From NCBI GenBank assembly GCA_013001045.1, contig JABDNG010000068.1, positions 7,789-71,788 on the forward strand: a stretch of DNA of 64,000 nt, given 5' to 3'. Both the position numbers and the translations under genes were made by a program. This DNA is from Woeseiaceae bacterium. GTDB lineage: Bacteria; Pseudomonadota; Gammaproteobacteria; Steroidobacterales; Woeseiaceae. Positions 9,515-19,038 of the stretch are shown here, piece by piece; position 1 is the first letter of the stretch; the number at the start of each line of letters is the position of its first letter. A model generated the notes under the pieces. It was not told where the DNA came from. It made no database searches and saw nothing but the letters and a program-made list of their open reading frames with translations.

Positions 9515-10087
9515 ATGGACAAGACCGTTCTATCTGCCCAGGACCTCCTCGAGGACTCAATTGAACTCGGCATCAAGATCCTCGAAAGCGGCTTCAAACC
9601 GACCATGATTATTGCAATTTGGCGCGGCGGCACCCCCGTAGGCATGGCCGTGCAGGAAGTCCTGAGCTACTGTGGCATCGAGTCTGACCATATCGCCATT
9701 CGCACCTCCTCCTATGTCGGGGTTGACGAGCGCGGCGCTGTCGCGGTTCACGGACTCAATTACATCATCAAGAAGATCTGCCATGACGACCGCGTCCTGA
9801 TCGTCGATGACGTTTTCGATACGGGCAATACGATCGCCGCGGTCATCAGTGAGTTGTCGAGGCGCGCGCGCGGCAACACGCCGGAAGATATCCGGATTGC
9901 CGTGCCGTGGTTCAAGCCCAGTCGCAACGAGACCAAATTGATTCCAGACTATTTCCTGCGGGAGACGGCGGAGTGGCTGGTGTTTCCACATGAACTGGAT
10001 GCCTTGACGCCTGAAGAGTTGCGTGAACGCCGGCCAGAAATTGCAAAGATCGTGCAAAACGTAAAGTCAGAAGCGATCTCGGCCTGA
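9515..10087 (+). CDS. Phosphoribosyltransferase (purine PRTase-like), paralog 2
   Basis: I prefer the ATG at 9515 (MDKTVLSAQDLL). PRPP loop is VLIVDDVFDTGNT. Roughly half the residues are identical to the divergent neighbour by eye. The track start at 9299 would overlap paralog 1. Confidence 0.75.
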   Translation: MDKTVLSAQDLLEDSIELGIKILESGFKPTMIIAIWRGGTPVGMAVQEVLSYCGIESDHIAIRTSSYVGVDERGAVAVHGLNYIIKKICHDDRVLIVDDVFDTGNTIAAVISELSRRARGNTPEDIRIAVPWFKPSRNETKLIPDYFLRETAEWLVFPHELDALTPEELRERRPEIAKIVQNVKSEAISA

Positions 10088-10094
10088 GTTCACG

Positions 10095-10664
10095 ATGCGC
10101 CGGATTTGCGTCTACTGTGGATCGAACATCGGCGCACGACCGCTGTACGCCGACGCGGCACGTGATCTCGCCGACGTCCTGGTGCGACATGACCTCGAAC
10201 TGGTCTATGGCGGTGCGGACATAGGCATCATGGGCATCATTGCGAACGCGGTGCTCGAGCGGGGCGGCAAGGTTCACGGCGTAATCCCGAAAATGCTGTA
10301 TGAAAAGGAGATTGCGCATCAAGGTCTGACCGAACTGCACATTGTATCGTCAATGCACGCACGCAAATCCATGATGGCGGCACTGTCCGACGGATTCATA
10401 GCGATGCCCGGCGGTTTCGGGACGCTTGAGGAGATCATTGAGATCATCACCTGGGGGCAGCTCCGCTTTCACGAAAAGCCCTGCGGGTTGCTCAATAGCG
10501 ATGGCTATTTCGATCAGCTGCTTGCTTACCTGGATCATGCAAATACGGAAGGATTCTTGCGATCCGAAAACCGGCGAATGCTGCTCTCCGACAGAAGTGC
10601 GACGCAATTGATACAGAAATTCGAGCGATATACGGCGCCACACGTTGATAAGTGGACCGGCTAG
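10095..10664 (+). CDS. LOG-family (TIGR00730-type) nucleotide 5'-monophosphate nucleosidase / cytokinin riboside 5'-monophosphate phosphoribohydrolase
   Basis: VYCGS at the N-terminus, VYGG..G.MG and PGGFGTLEE motifs. Lies 7 nt downstream of PRTase paralog 2. Confidence 0.85.
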   Translation: MRRICVYCGSNIGARPLYADAARDLADVLVRHDLELVYGGADIGIMGIIANAVLERGGKVHGVIPKMLYEKEIAHQGLTELHIVSSMHARKSMMAALSDGFIAMPGGFGTLEEIIEIITWGQLRFHEKPCGLLNSDGYFDQLLAYLDHANTEGFLRSENRRMLLSDRSATQLIQKFERYTAPHVDKWTG

Positions 10665-10672
10665 CGGGCCAA

Positions 10673-11839
10673 CTACCTGAAATTTACGCGCAACGTTCCA
10701 GTTGCCGGCGACCTCAGGTTCTTGCCATGCAACGCGTAACGAATACCGAAGCGCCGGCCGATCAGACCGGGACCGATACAAACTCTGAGCGGAGATGCGA
10801 ATGCCTCGATCGGTTTTTCGACCGGAATATTGCCAATTTTCTTCGTGATATGTATGGACTTCTTGTGTTGGCTGACGAACGGGTACGATGCCATTTCGGC
10901 GGGCGATCGATCTACGTATTCCTCATTGCGCAAGGCTTTGGGCAATCGGTCGGCAATGTACAGGTCGTCATCTTTTGGCAGGACCAGCGCTATTGATGCG
11001 TCGACAATGGGTTCGTCACCCTGGTTGCAGACGACGATTTGAATTTCTTCGCAATTTTTCTCGAACAGGAAATGGCTGTCGTGATTCCTGTACTTGTGTC
11101 GAATTTGCTCCATCTCCTGCATCAGTTCGTCCGGCGTGCGGCTGACGTAGGGATCGTCCGACCCGTACAGCCGTGCATGTACCAGCCTGGCCATTACGGT
11201 CGTCGAACCGGAGTCCTTGGTATTCATCTGGATCTTGACCAGTTGTTCGAGCTTGCTGGCGGCGATTGCCGACGGTAATTGTGAAAGGTCGCATGATTGC
11301 AACGTCAGGGACTTGTGACTGATTTCACCCGCGAAGCCGACCTCGATGTTTTGTGCCGGGATCGAGCCCTGGAATTTTCTTTCGAATAAAGTCTGCAGCT
11401 GCCGGCGTCCCATCTTGACCGCCGTATCTTTCAAGCGCATGTATGCATCGCCGCGGCGCAGAGTTTCCGAGTAATCGATACGCATCATGTATGGTCGGTC
11501 CTGGCAGTCGCCAATCTCGAATACGCCGACCCGATTGCCGTCGACTGATACGGGTTTGTAACGAATGCGCAGTGGCGGTTCGATGTATTCATTCGCGAGT
11601 GCCTCATAGGCCGGCTTGCCCGCGAAGTCCTTTTCGTTGACCGGATGTACGCGCTTGCGGCCTCGACGGTCGATTTCAGTCCCGATGACGATGTACCGTG
11701 GCCCGTCGACCGACGCGTTTGCAATCGCCAACACGTCACGCAGGAAGCTCTCGACCCCCTTGGCCCCGTAAGGCTGCTTACGCAGCTGCACGCCGTCGTC
11801 GGGCGTACCTGACCGCGCTATATTCGCTAAGTTCTTCAT
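10673..11839 (-). CDS. AlbA_2 (Schlafen-type, 'divergent AAA/putative DNA-binding') domain protein with an uncharacterised C-terminal domain of about 230 aa
   Basis: The N-terminal 150 aa contain FLRDVLAIANASVDGPRYIVIGTE, ...GVFEIG....RPYMM and GDAYMRLKDT..KMGRRQL. This resembles the AlbA_2 pattern (AfaNt.GG.liiGv ... py..r.gs.t..a). I recognise nothing in the C-terminal part. Confidence 0.5.
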   Translation of the reverse strand: MKNLANIARSGTPDDGVQLRKQPYGAKGVESFLRDVLAIANASVDGPRYIVIGTEIDRRGRKRVHPVNEKDFAGKPAYEALANEYIEPPLRIRYKPVSVDGNRVGVFEIGDCQDRPYMMRIDYSETLRRGDAYMRLKDTAVKMGRRQLQTLFERKFQGSIPAQNIEVGFAGEISHKSLTLQSCDLSQLPSAIAASKLEQLVKIQMNTKDSGSTTVMARLVHARLYGSDDPYVSRTPDELMQEMEQIRHKYRNHDSHFLFEKNCEEIQIVVCNQGDEPIVDASIALVLPKDDDLYIADRLPKALRNEEYVDRSPAEMASYPFVSQHKKSIHITKKIGNIPVEKPIEAFASPLRVCIGPGLIGRRFGIRYALHGKNLRSPATGTLRVNFR

Positions 11840-11941
11840 GAATCGCCCAATTTTGTCAGCTTATGTTCAACAGAATGGGAACCAATCGACATTTCAGAAG
11901 ATCGATGGACGATTTACAGCATCACTGGCATTGGCGAAACT

Positions 11942-13012
11942 GTGCGAATGTCGTCGACTTTAACAGCGCATATGGCCGTATTGGCCGAGCCACCGCGCAT
12001 TCCTGTCGCTGAAATCGAGCTTGCCGTCGAACGGCGGTTCGGCCTGTGTGGTGCTTATTTGCCCCTTATCAGCGAGCGCGATCAGAACTTTCGCCTCAAG
12101 ACGAGCGGCGGGGCCGAATACGTCGTCAAAGTGACAAGTTCAGCTGAGCCCCGGCGGGTGAGCGACTTCCAGATCGCGGCGCTGCGGCATCTCGAGAAGG
12201 CGGGGACAGTGCCCGTGCCCCAGGTCGTTTCGGCCCTTGACGGGCGGCACTCCAGCCGTATCGAGTATGCCGGTGTGTCGCACAGGCTGCGGCTGGTCAG
12301 CTACCTTGCCGGCGAGCCGCTTGCGTTGCTCCCTGTAGACGCCGACATGGCGCGGGATTTTGGTGCCAGCCTCGCGCTGCTGGACCGCGGGCTCGATGGA
12401 TTTTCGCACCAGGGCGAGCACCCGGTACTGCTATGGGACCTGCAGCGCGCCGCCGAGCTACGGGATCTTCTTGTTTATATCGACGACCCGGCAATTCGCG
12501 GCTCCGTATCCGGCGCAATTGATGATTTTGAGCGCAGGATCTTGCCGACGATTCCTGCCTTGCGCTCGCAGGTGATCCACGGCGACGCCAATCCCGAAAA
12601 TGTGCTTGTCGACCCGGAGAGCCGTCGCGTCTCGGGGTTCATCGATTTCGGCGACATGGTCCGTGCGCCGCTCGTGTTCGATGTCGCCATTGCGGCGTCC
12701 TACCTGCGCACGGACGACGTTGATGCACTAGCGCTGATTGCCCCGTTCGTCGCCGCATATCAGGCGTCCAACCCGCTGTCGAGGACCGAGCTGGGCTTGT
12801 TGTTTGATCTCGTACGAGTGCGGCTTGCGACGACGATCACGCTGCTCCATTGGCGCCTCAGGGCCCGTGACAGCGGCGATGCCTACCGCCAGAAAACCCA
12901 GCATCGCGAAGCGGGTGCGACGACTTTCCTGTCAATTCTCGACCGGCTCGGGCAAGCGAAATTCACGAAGCGGTTGCAAGACTCGCGGCCATTCAGCGCG
13001 GAGCTTATTTAA
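11942..13012 (+). CDS. Phosphotransferase-family kinase (APH / homoserine kinase II / hydroxylysine-kinase-like)
   Basis: Catalytic loop VIHGDANPENVLV and metal-binding IDFGDM. The start is ambiguous: GTG 11942 or ATG 11948. Confidence 0.7.
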   Translation: MRMSSTLTAHMAVLAEPPRIPVAEIELAVERRFGLCGAYLPLISERDQNFRLKTSGGAEYVVKVTSSAEPRRVSDFQIAALRHLEKAGTVPVPQVVSALDGRHSSRIEYAGVSHRLRLVSYLAGEPLALLPVDADMARDFGASLALLDRGLDGFSHQGEHPVLLWDLQRAAELRDLLVYIDDPAIRGSVSGAIDDFERRILPTIPALRSQVIHGDANPENVLVDPESRRVSGFIDFGDMVRAPLVFDVAIAASYLRTDDVDALALIAPFVAAYQASNPLSRTELGLLFDLVRVRLATTITLLHWRLRARDSGDAYRQKTQHREAGATTFLSILDRLGQAKFTKRLQDSRPFSAELI

Positions 13013-13137
13013 CAATAATCAGCCTGATTGACGTCGTGTCGCACTTTTTTACGGCCATTTGAGTAACAGTTCCTTAATCCTTTGGACCGCAATCCGTAGC
13101 ATCGGGCACGAATGTTGCATTTTCGAGCTTGACGCCG

Positions 13138-15090
13138 ATGAACCTGAACGTTGCGTTGTCTGTATTGCTGGTCTTCACCGCCGCCTGTTACCTGATGATG
13201 GGCTCGCGGCTGATTACATCAAAACGCGAAGTAGGCAGCATGCCGATCGGCGTGTTGTTTGTCGTGATCAGTTTCTGGGTTGTTGGTGCGGCAATTGAGC
13301 TCCTGGCGGAAAGCTACAGCGTGTTTTCCGTCGGTCGCACCGGGCACTTTATTGGCACAGCACTGACGCCGATTGTCGCTTACGTGTGCTTTCGGGAGTA
13401 CACGGGTTCGGACACGGCGCCGCGCACACTTGCGCTATTAAGCATTATTCCACTTGTCTCGGTTTTGCTGGCCGCCACCAACGTCTATCACGAGTTTATG
13501 TGGTACTTGCCGATCGCCAATGAGGCCGGGCAGTTTCTGACGCGACCTGAGCGATGGGGTACCTGGTTCCTGTTCGTACACCTGCCGTACAGTTATGCGG
13601 TGATCGGCGCCGCGATCATGACGTTGCTGAATCACAGTTCAGCCGTGGCGCCGGCACACCGGCGTGGACTGTATCTGCTGACAGCGGCTTGTGTTGTGCC
13701 GATGACGGCGACGGTGGTGTACGACCTCGGAATCGGCCCGAATACGATTTCGTTTGTGCCGCTCGTATTCTCCGTAATGCTGCCGATCTACGCATGGCTG
13801 ATCATCGGCGAAAAAATCGTTGAGTTCGCACCGTTGGCTTACGAGGCCGTTTTCCAGCACATGCAGGATCCTGTGGTTGTCGTTGATGATCAGTGTCGCG
13901 TTATCGGCCTGAATCACGGTGCCGAAAACATGCTTTCGATAGCAGAGTCGGCGGCACTCAGGGAGCCGCTGGAGACTCTTTTCGGTGAGGACTCACCCGA
14001 GGTGTTCGAAGTTCTAAATTCGGGCGCGCCGCAAAAAATGATGACCTCGACCGGTCGCTTCCTGCACGTACAGGTATCGCCAATTGACACGAGCCGCACG
14101 TCGGCACGCGGCGGCAAGGTACTGATGTTTCGCGACGTGAGTGATGTCGAAAACGCACAGAAAGAGGTGCGCCAGAGCGAGAAATTGTTGCGTACGATCA
14201 TCAACCATTCCGTCAACGGAGTTATTCGATTCCGCTGGGAGACGGACTCCAATGGCCGCCCGATCTTGCGCAGCATTTTCGCGAACGCCGCCGCGGGTCG
14301 ATTCCTTGACGAGCCTGCAGACGACCTCGTCGGTCGCGTTGCCCCGGATCTCATTCGAATTGTGACTTCCGATATTGAGACCCGAGAGGCCGACGAAGCC
14401 GTCCGTCGTTTCGAAACAGCAGCACGCAGCGGCGACAGCCTGCAGATCGAGGTTCCGCAACGCAGGCGCGGAGAGGATCGCTGGCTGCGAATAATCTCTG
14501 AACCGATGGGAGATGACATCGCCACGACGTTTGTCGATATCACCGACAGCAAGGTGAAAGAACGGCAAATGGAATCCATCGCAACCTCGGATCCATTGAC
14601 AGGGGTATTGAACCGCCGCGGCTTCGAGCGCGACGCGACAGAGCGATTGTCTGCCAGCGACGATTACGCAACCGGCGCACTGCTCTTTATCGATCTGAAT
14701 GACTTCAAAACGATCAATGACCGGTTTGGCCATGAAATTGGCGACCAGTTGCTGCGCATCGCGGCGCAGCGTCTGCGCAAGAATCTGCGTTCGTGCGACA
14801 TCATCGGTCGCCCAGGCGGCGACGAATTCGTCGCCCTGGTGCCCGACGTAGATGCCAATACGGCGGACGTGCTCGCGGTGCGTCTGACCAAGGGGCTCGA
14901 GGAGCCGTACGTAATCGGCGACAAGACGCTGCATTGCCCGGCGAGTATCGGCCTTGCACTTTACCCGGAAAACGCCAGCACGCTCACCGGGCTGCTGCGT
15001 GAGGCCGATGAAGCAATGTATCGGGCCAAGGCGCGCTGCCGTGGTGTCACCAGTATTCATGGCGGCGATTTACTCGAAAAAGCAGTGTAA
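13138..15090 (+). CDS. Diguanylate cyclase: N-terminal multi-pass membrane sensor + two PAS-like regions + GGDEF
   Basis: About 7 hydrophobic segments in the first 230 aa, then PAS-like segments. The GGDEF domain has GVLNRRGF and RPGGDEFVAL (nt about 14806-14829). I see no EAL domain. I prefer the ATG at 13138 over the TTG at 13129. Confidence 0.85.
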   Translation: MNLNVALSVLLVFTAACYLMMGSRLITSKREVGSMPIGVLFVVISFWVVGAAIELLAESYSVFSVGRTGHFIGTALTPIVAYVCFREYTGSDTAPRTLALLSIIPLVSVLLAATNVYHEFMWYLPIANEAGQFLTRPERWGTWFLFVHLPYSYAVIGAAIMTLLNHSSAVAPAHRRGLYLLTAACVVPMTATVVYDLGIGPNTISFVPLVFSVMLPIYAWLIIGEKIVEFAPLAYEAVFQHMQDPVVVVDDQCRVIGLNHGAENMLSIAESAALREPLETLFGEDSPEVFEVLNSGAPQKMMTSTGRFLHVQVSPIDTSRTSARGGKVLMFRDVSDVENAQKEVRQSEKLLRTIINHSVNGVIRFRWETDSNGRPILRSIFANAAAGRFLDEPADDLVGRVAPDLIRIVTSDIETREADEAVRRFETAARSGDSLQIEVPQRRRGEDRWLRIISEPMGDDIATTFVDITDSKVKERQMESIATSDPLTGVLNRRGFERDATERLSASDDYATGALLFIDLNDFKTINDRFGHEIGDQLLRIAAQRLRKNLRSCDIIGRPGGDEFVALVPDVDANTADVLAVRLTKGLEEPYVIGDKTLHCPASIGLALYPENASTLTGLLREADEAMYRAKARCRGVTSIHGGDLLEKAV

Positions 15091-15141
15091 TAAAAGCGCA
15101 TAATTCGCGGTCTCTTGTTGAAACAAATCGGAGTTCCGCCC

Positions 15142-15837
15142 ATGTTCGCTGGCTTTCGTCTTTCCAAACGCTCATTCGTTCTCGGCTCACTGGCCTCGAC
15201 GATGATCCTCAGCCTTGTTTACAGTACGTCCATTCGATATGGACATGCTGACGTGCCCGTCGCCATGACGGCCGCCGAGATACGGCCGCTCGGCGTGGGT
15301 GATAAAGCGCCGCGATTCACGGTAGAGACAGTGGATAACGAACGCTTCGACTTCGACCCACGCAAGCTCGAACGGCCGGCCGTGTTGATTTCGTTTCGTG
15401 GTGGCTGGTGCCCTTACTGCAACCTGCACTTGTCGGAATTGCGTCATGCGATTCCGGAAATCAATGCGATGGGCGTCGATGTGTTGTTCTTGAGTGGCGA
15501 CCGGTCGGAACTCCTGCTCTCCAGCCTCAGTCGCGAGACTCAGGCAGATATTGACGGGCTCGATTACACGGTTCTGTCGGATGCGAATGCGCAGGCCGCC
15601 ATGGCACTCGGCATCGCGTTCAAGGCGCCGGACGAAGTGTTCAGCTATCTTGATGACAAAGGTGCCGATATCGAAGAGTCGTCCATGGCGCGGCACGGCG
15701 TATTACCTGTGCCTGCGGTCTTTGTCGTGAATCGCGAAGGGACTATCACCTACGCTTATGCCAATCCGGACTACAAGATCCGGCTTCCTGCCGATCAGGT
15801 GGTGGCTGCAGCAAGCGAGAGTGCGCTTGCCGAATAG
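15142..15837 (+). CDS. Secreted AhpC/TSA-type thioredoxin-fold redoxin (peroxiredoxin-like)
   Basis: Hydrophobic signal-anchor segment followed by FRGGWCPYCN, the redox motif of the peroxiredoxin-like/thioredoxin family. The ATG at 15142 has GGAG 9 nt upstream. Confidence 0.7.
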   Translation: MFAGFRLSKRSFVLGSLASTMILSLVYSTSIRYGHADVPVAMTAAEIRPLGVGDKAPRFTVETVDNERFDFDPRKLERPAVLISFRGGWCPYCNLHLSELRHAIPEINAMGVDVLFLSGDRSELLLSSLSRETQADIDGLDYTVLSDANAQAAMALGIAFKAPDEVFSYLDDKGADIEESSMARHGVLPVPAVFVVNREGTITYAYANPDYKIRLPADQVVAAASESALAE

Positions 15838-15947
15838 GCCCGTCTGTGGTGCAAATTAACGCCCGCTGATGATAGGCTTCGTGCTCACGAAATGGGCACC
15901 AAGACACCTATGACTGCAGCGATCGTTTGCGTATTTGTCCCGGCCTG

Positions 15948-17258
15948 ATGGCCGGGAACGCTGATATCAACGTGACTCGTCGCATCATCAGGGCCGCGAC
16001 CAAAATAGAAGCGCATGAGTTAACGGCGACGCTATTGTCGTTCGCGTTCGTCTTTATCCTCATGGCTGCGTATTTCATTTTACGGCCCGTGCGCGATGCC
16101 ATGGCCAGCGACTGGAGCGATGTCGAAGTCAGCTGGCTGTGGTCGATGACGTTCTTCTTCAGCCTGGTTGCCGTGAGCGTTTACGGGGCCGTGGTCTCGG
16201 CAGTGCGGTTCCAGACCCTGGTGCCAGCTGTCTATGCGTTTTTCGCGGCGTCATTCTTCGCCTTCTATTTCGGATCATCGTTCGTCGCTGATGCTGTGTT
16301 GGTCGACAAGGCTTTTTACGTCTGGCTCAGTGTGTTTAGTCTTTTTCATGTCTCGGTGTTCTGGAGCTTCATGTCGGATCTGTGGAGTCGCGAGCAGGCG
16401 CCGCGGCTCTTTGGATTCATCGCGACGGGTGCGAGCGTCGGTGCGATCGTTGGCCCACTGATCACGGCGCTGCTGGTCGAGCGCATCGGCACAGACAACC
16501 TGATGCTGGTGTCCGCGACACTCCTGCTGCTACCAATCCCTATTATCCTGACGCTGGCGCGCCTCAAAATAACGACACTTGGCAACGCGGACGTCAGCGC
16601 TGATCTGAGCGCGCAGCAGGCGATCGGTCGCAACCCGTTCGCGGGCTTCGGTATCTTCCTGACGAGCCGCTACCTGATTGGTATCGGTCTGTTCATCATT
16701 TTGTACGTTGCGATTGGTTCATTCGTGTATTTCGAGCTCAAGAACCTGCTGGCCGAATTTTCTCGCGAGGATCGCACGCAGATTTGGGCGTATATCGATC
16801 TGGCGGTGAACTCCCTCGCGATTTTCACGGCGATGTTCCTGACCAGTCGAATCGCGACGCGCTTCGGCATGGCGACGACGCTGGCACTGGTGCCACTCCT
16901 GATTGTGGTCGGTATGCTGGTGATCGCGCTGTCGCCCGTGGTCGCGGTCGTCGCCGGCCTGCAGGTCGCTCGACGCGCGGGCAACTACGCGATCACGCGG
17001 CCGGGCCGCGAAATGCTATTCACGGTCGTCGACAGGGAAACCCGATTCAAAGCCAAGCCCGTTATTGATATTGTGCTGTACCGCGGCGGCGACATGCTGA
17101 CCGCCTGGGCATTTACATTGCTCACAGCAGGATTCGGGCTAGGGCTTGGAGCGGTCGCCGCCGTCGGCGCAGTCATCGCAGCGATTTGGGCCGTTGTCGG
17201 CATTTACCTCGGCAGGACGTACGAGCGGTTCGGCGATATTGGGGTCGACCCCGACTAA
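15948..17258 (+). CDS. MFS-type transporter of the ATP/ADP-translocase-like (TLC/AAA) branch; substrate unknown
   Basis: About 12 hydrophobic segments. The N-terminal ELTATLLSFAFVFILMAAYFILRPVRDAMA resembles the conserved first helix of Npt/TLC-like carriers. I prefer the ATG at 15948 over the TTG at 15927. Confidence 0.55.
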   Translation: MAGNADINVTRRIIRAATKIEAHELTATLLSFAFVFILMAAYFILRPVRDAMASDWSDVEVSWLWSMTFFFSLVAVSVYGAVVSAVRFQTLVPAVYAFFAASFFAFYFGSSFVADAVLVDKAFYVWLSVFSLFHVSVFWSFMSDLWSREQAPRLFGFIATGASVGAIVGPLITALLVERIGTDNLMLVSATLLLLPIPIILTLARLKITTLGNADVSADLSAQQAIGRNPFAGFGIFLTSRYLIGIGLFIILYVAIGSFVYFELKNLLAEFSREDRTQIWAYIDLAVNSLAIFTAMFLTSRIATRFGMATTLALVPLLIVVGMLVIALSPVVAVVAGLQVARRAGNYAITRPGREMLFTVVDRETRFKAKPVIDIVLYRGGDMLTAWAFTLLTAGFGLGLGAVAAVGAVIAAIWAVVGIYLGRTYERFGDIGVDPD

Positions 17259-17278
17259 CAACGAAAAGGAGTGACGCG

Positions 17279-17836
17279 GTGGCACTGAGAAACACAGCGA
17301 CGGAATTCGGTTCATTAGCGAAAGCGCTGCATTGGCTGGTAGCGATCGGGCTGTTCGCGTTGGTGTACCTGGGACTCCTGCAGGCGGGTATGGATCGCGG
17401 CCCCGAGAAGACAGAGATCCGTTTCATTCATGGCTCGATTGCGATGGCCGTGTTCTCGCTGATGACCTTAAGAATCGTCTGGCGCTTCATGAACGATGTG
17501 CCGACACACCCGGAGGGTATGGCGGTCTGGCAACGGGTCAGCGCATCGCTGGTGCATTGGGGACTCTACATCGCGGTATTTGTACAATTGACTTCGGGCG
17601 GCATGACGGTCGCGACGGGTGGCAAGGCGTTGCCGTTCTTTGGATTGTTCTCTGTGCCGTTGCCCGTTGCGGAAAACCGTGAAAACCACGAGTTCTGGGA
17701 GGAGATTCACGAATTCGCATGGCAAATAGTCGCGCTACTTGTTGTTATCCATGTACTGGGTGCCGTGTACAACCACTTCATCGCAAAAAATGATGTCCTG
17801 CGCCGCATGACGGTTGGGCTCAGGCAACAACGATGA
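17279..17836 (+). CDS. Cytochrome b561 family (CybB-like) membrane di-heme protein
   Basis: LHWLVA.. in helix 1, conserved His residues in helices (HGS, HW, HEF, IHVLGA.YNH), and about 185 aa. The GTG at 17279 is preceded by AAAAGGAG (17264-17271). Confidence 0.75.
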   Translation: MALRNTATEFGSLAKALHWLVAIGLFALVYLGLLQAGMDRGPEKTEIRFIHGSIAMAVFSLMTLRIVWRFMNDVPTHPEGMAVWQRVSASLVHWGLYIAVFVQLTSGGMTVATGGKALPFFGLFSVPLPVAENRENHEFWEEIHEFAWQIVALLVVIHVLGAVYNHFIAKNDVLRRMTVGLRQQR

Positions 17837-19038
17837 CTGCAGCGTTTATTTGCGATGCGGTGCGAACTCCCATCGGACGTTACGGCGGCGCGCTGTCTTC
17901 AATACGTACCGACGATCTCGGTGCGATCCCCCTGGCGGCCCTGCTTGAACGCAATGCGACGCTGAGTCCGGTTGCGATCGAAGACCTTGCGTTCGGTTGT
18001 GCCAACCAGGCCGGCGAGGACAATCGTAATGTCGCGCGCATGTCGTTGTTGCTGGCGGGCTTGCCCGTTACGGTGCCAGCGGTGACGGTTAACCGGCTGT
18101 GCGGCTCTGGCATGAACGCGATCGGCAACATTGCCGACAGTATTCGCGCGGGCGCAATCCGCCTGGGCATTGCGGGTGGTGTCGAGTCCATGTCCCGCGC
18201 GCCCATGGTCATGCCAAAGCAGACTACCGCATTTGGAAGGAATGCCGAGCTCTACGACACGACGCTGGGCTGGCGCTTTGTAAACCAGAAACTCGAAGCC
18301 CAGTACGGGGTCGATTCCATGGCCGAAACGGCGGAAAACGTCGCCGACGGCTTCTTGATTTCACGCGACGATCAGGATCGGTTTGCGCTGCGTAGTCAGC
18401 AACGTGCTGAGGCCGCGATGGCTGCGGGAATTTTCGACGATGAAATTATTCCGGTGTCGGTGCCACAGCGACGCGGTGATGCGCTTATCGTTGATAAAGA
18501 CGAGCACCCGCGGCACGGGTCCACGATCGAGGGACTGACAAAGCTCAAGCCTATCGTTCGCGAAGGCGGCAGCATCACGGCTGGGAATTCGTCGGGTATC
18601 AATGATGGCGCTTGCGCCATGCTCGTTGCGTCTGAAGATATGGCGAAGGCGCAAGGTCTCGAGCCGCTGGCGCGTGTCGTTGCCTGGGCGGTCGCCGGCG
18701 TCGAGCCCCGCATCATGGGCATCGGGCCGGCGCCCGCTTCGCAGAAAGTGCTGGAGCAATGCGGAATGAGTATCGGGCAGATGGACGTTATCGAACTCAA
18801 CGAGGCTTTTGCTGCGCAAGGTCTCGCGACCTTACGACAATTGGGTGTGGACGATGATGCTGACCACGTTAATCCTAACGGTGGCGCGATCGCATTAGGT
18901 CATCCACTCGGCATGTCGGGTGCGCGACTGGTTGCGACAGCGGCGTACCAGCTGCGGCGCGGCGGCGGGCGTCTTGCGCTTTGCGCCATGTGCATTGGTG
19001 TCGGGCAGGGCATCGCCATGATTATCGAACGCGTCTGA
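17833..19038 (+). CDS. Acetyl-CoA C-acyltransferase / 3-oxoadipyl-CoA thiolase
   Basis: Thiolase signatures NRLCGSGMNA (active-site Cys), GGAIALGHPLGMSG and MCIGVGQG. The start overlaps the cytochrome b561 stop (ATGA). Confidence 0.9.
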   Translation: MTAAFICDAVRTPIGRYGGALSSIRTDDLGAIPLAALLERNATLSPVAIEDLAFGCANQAGEDNRNVARMSLLLAGLPVTVPAVTVNRLCGSGMNAIGNIADSIRAGAIRLGIAGGVESMSRAPMVMPKQTTAFGRNAELYDTTLGWRFVNQKLEAQYGVDSMAETAENVADGFLISRDDQDRFALRSQQRAEAAMAAGIFDDEIIPVSVPQRRGDALIVDKDEHPRHGSTIEGLTKLKPIVREGGSITAGNSSGINDGACAMLVASEDMAKAQGLEPLARVVAWAVAGVEPRIMGIGPAPASQKVLEQCGMSIGQMDVIELNEAFAAQGLATLRQLGVDDDADHVNPNGGAIALGHPLGMSGARLVATAAYQLRRGGGRLALCAMCIGVGQGIAMIIERV

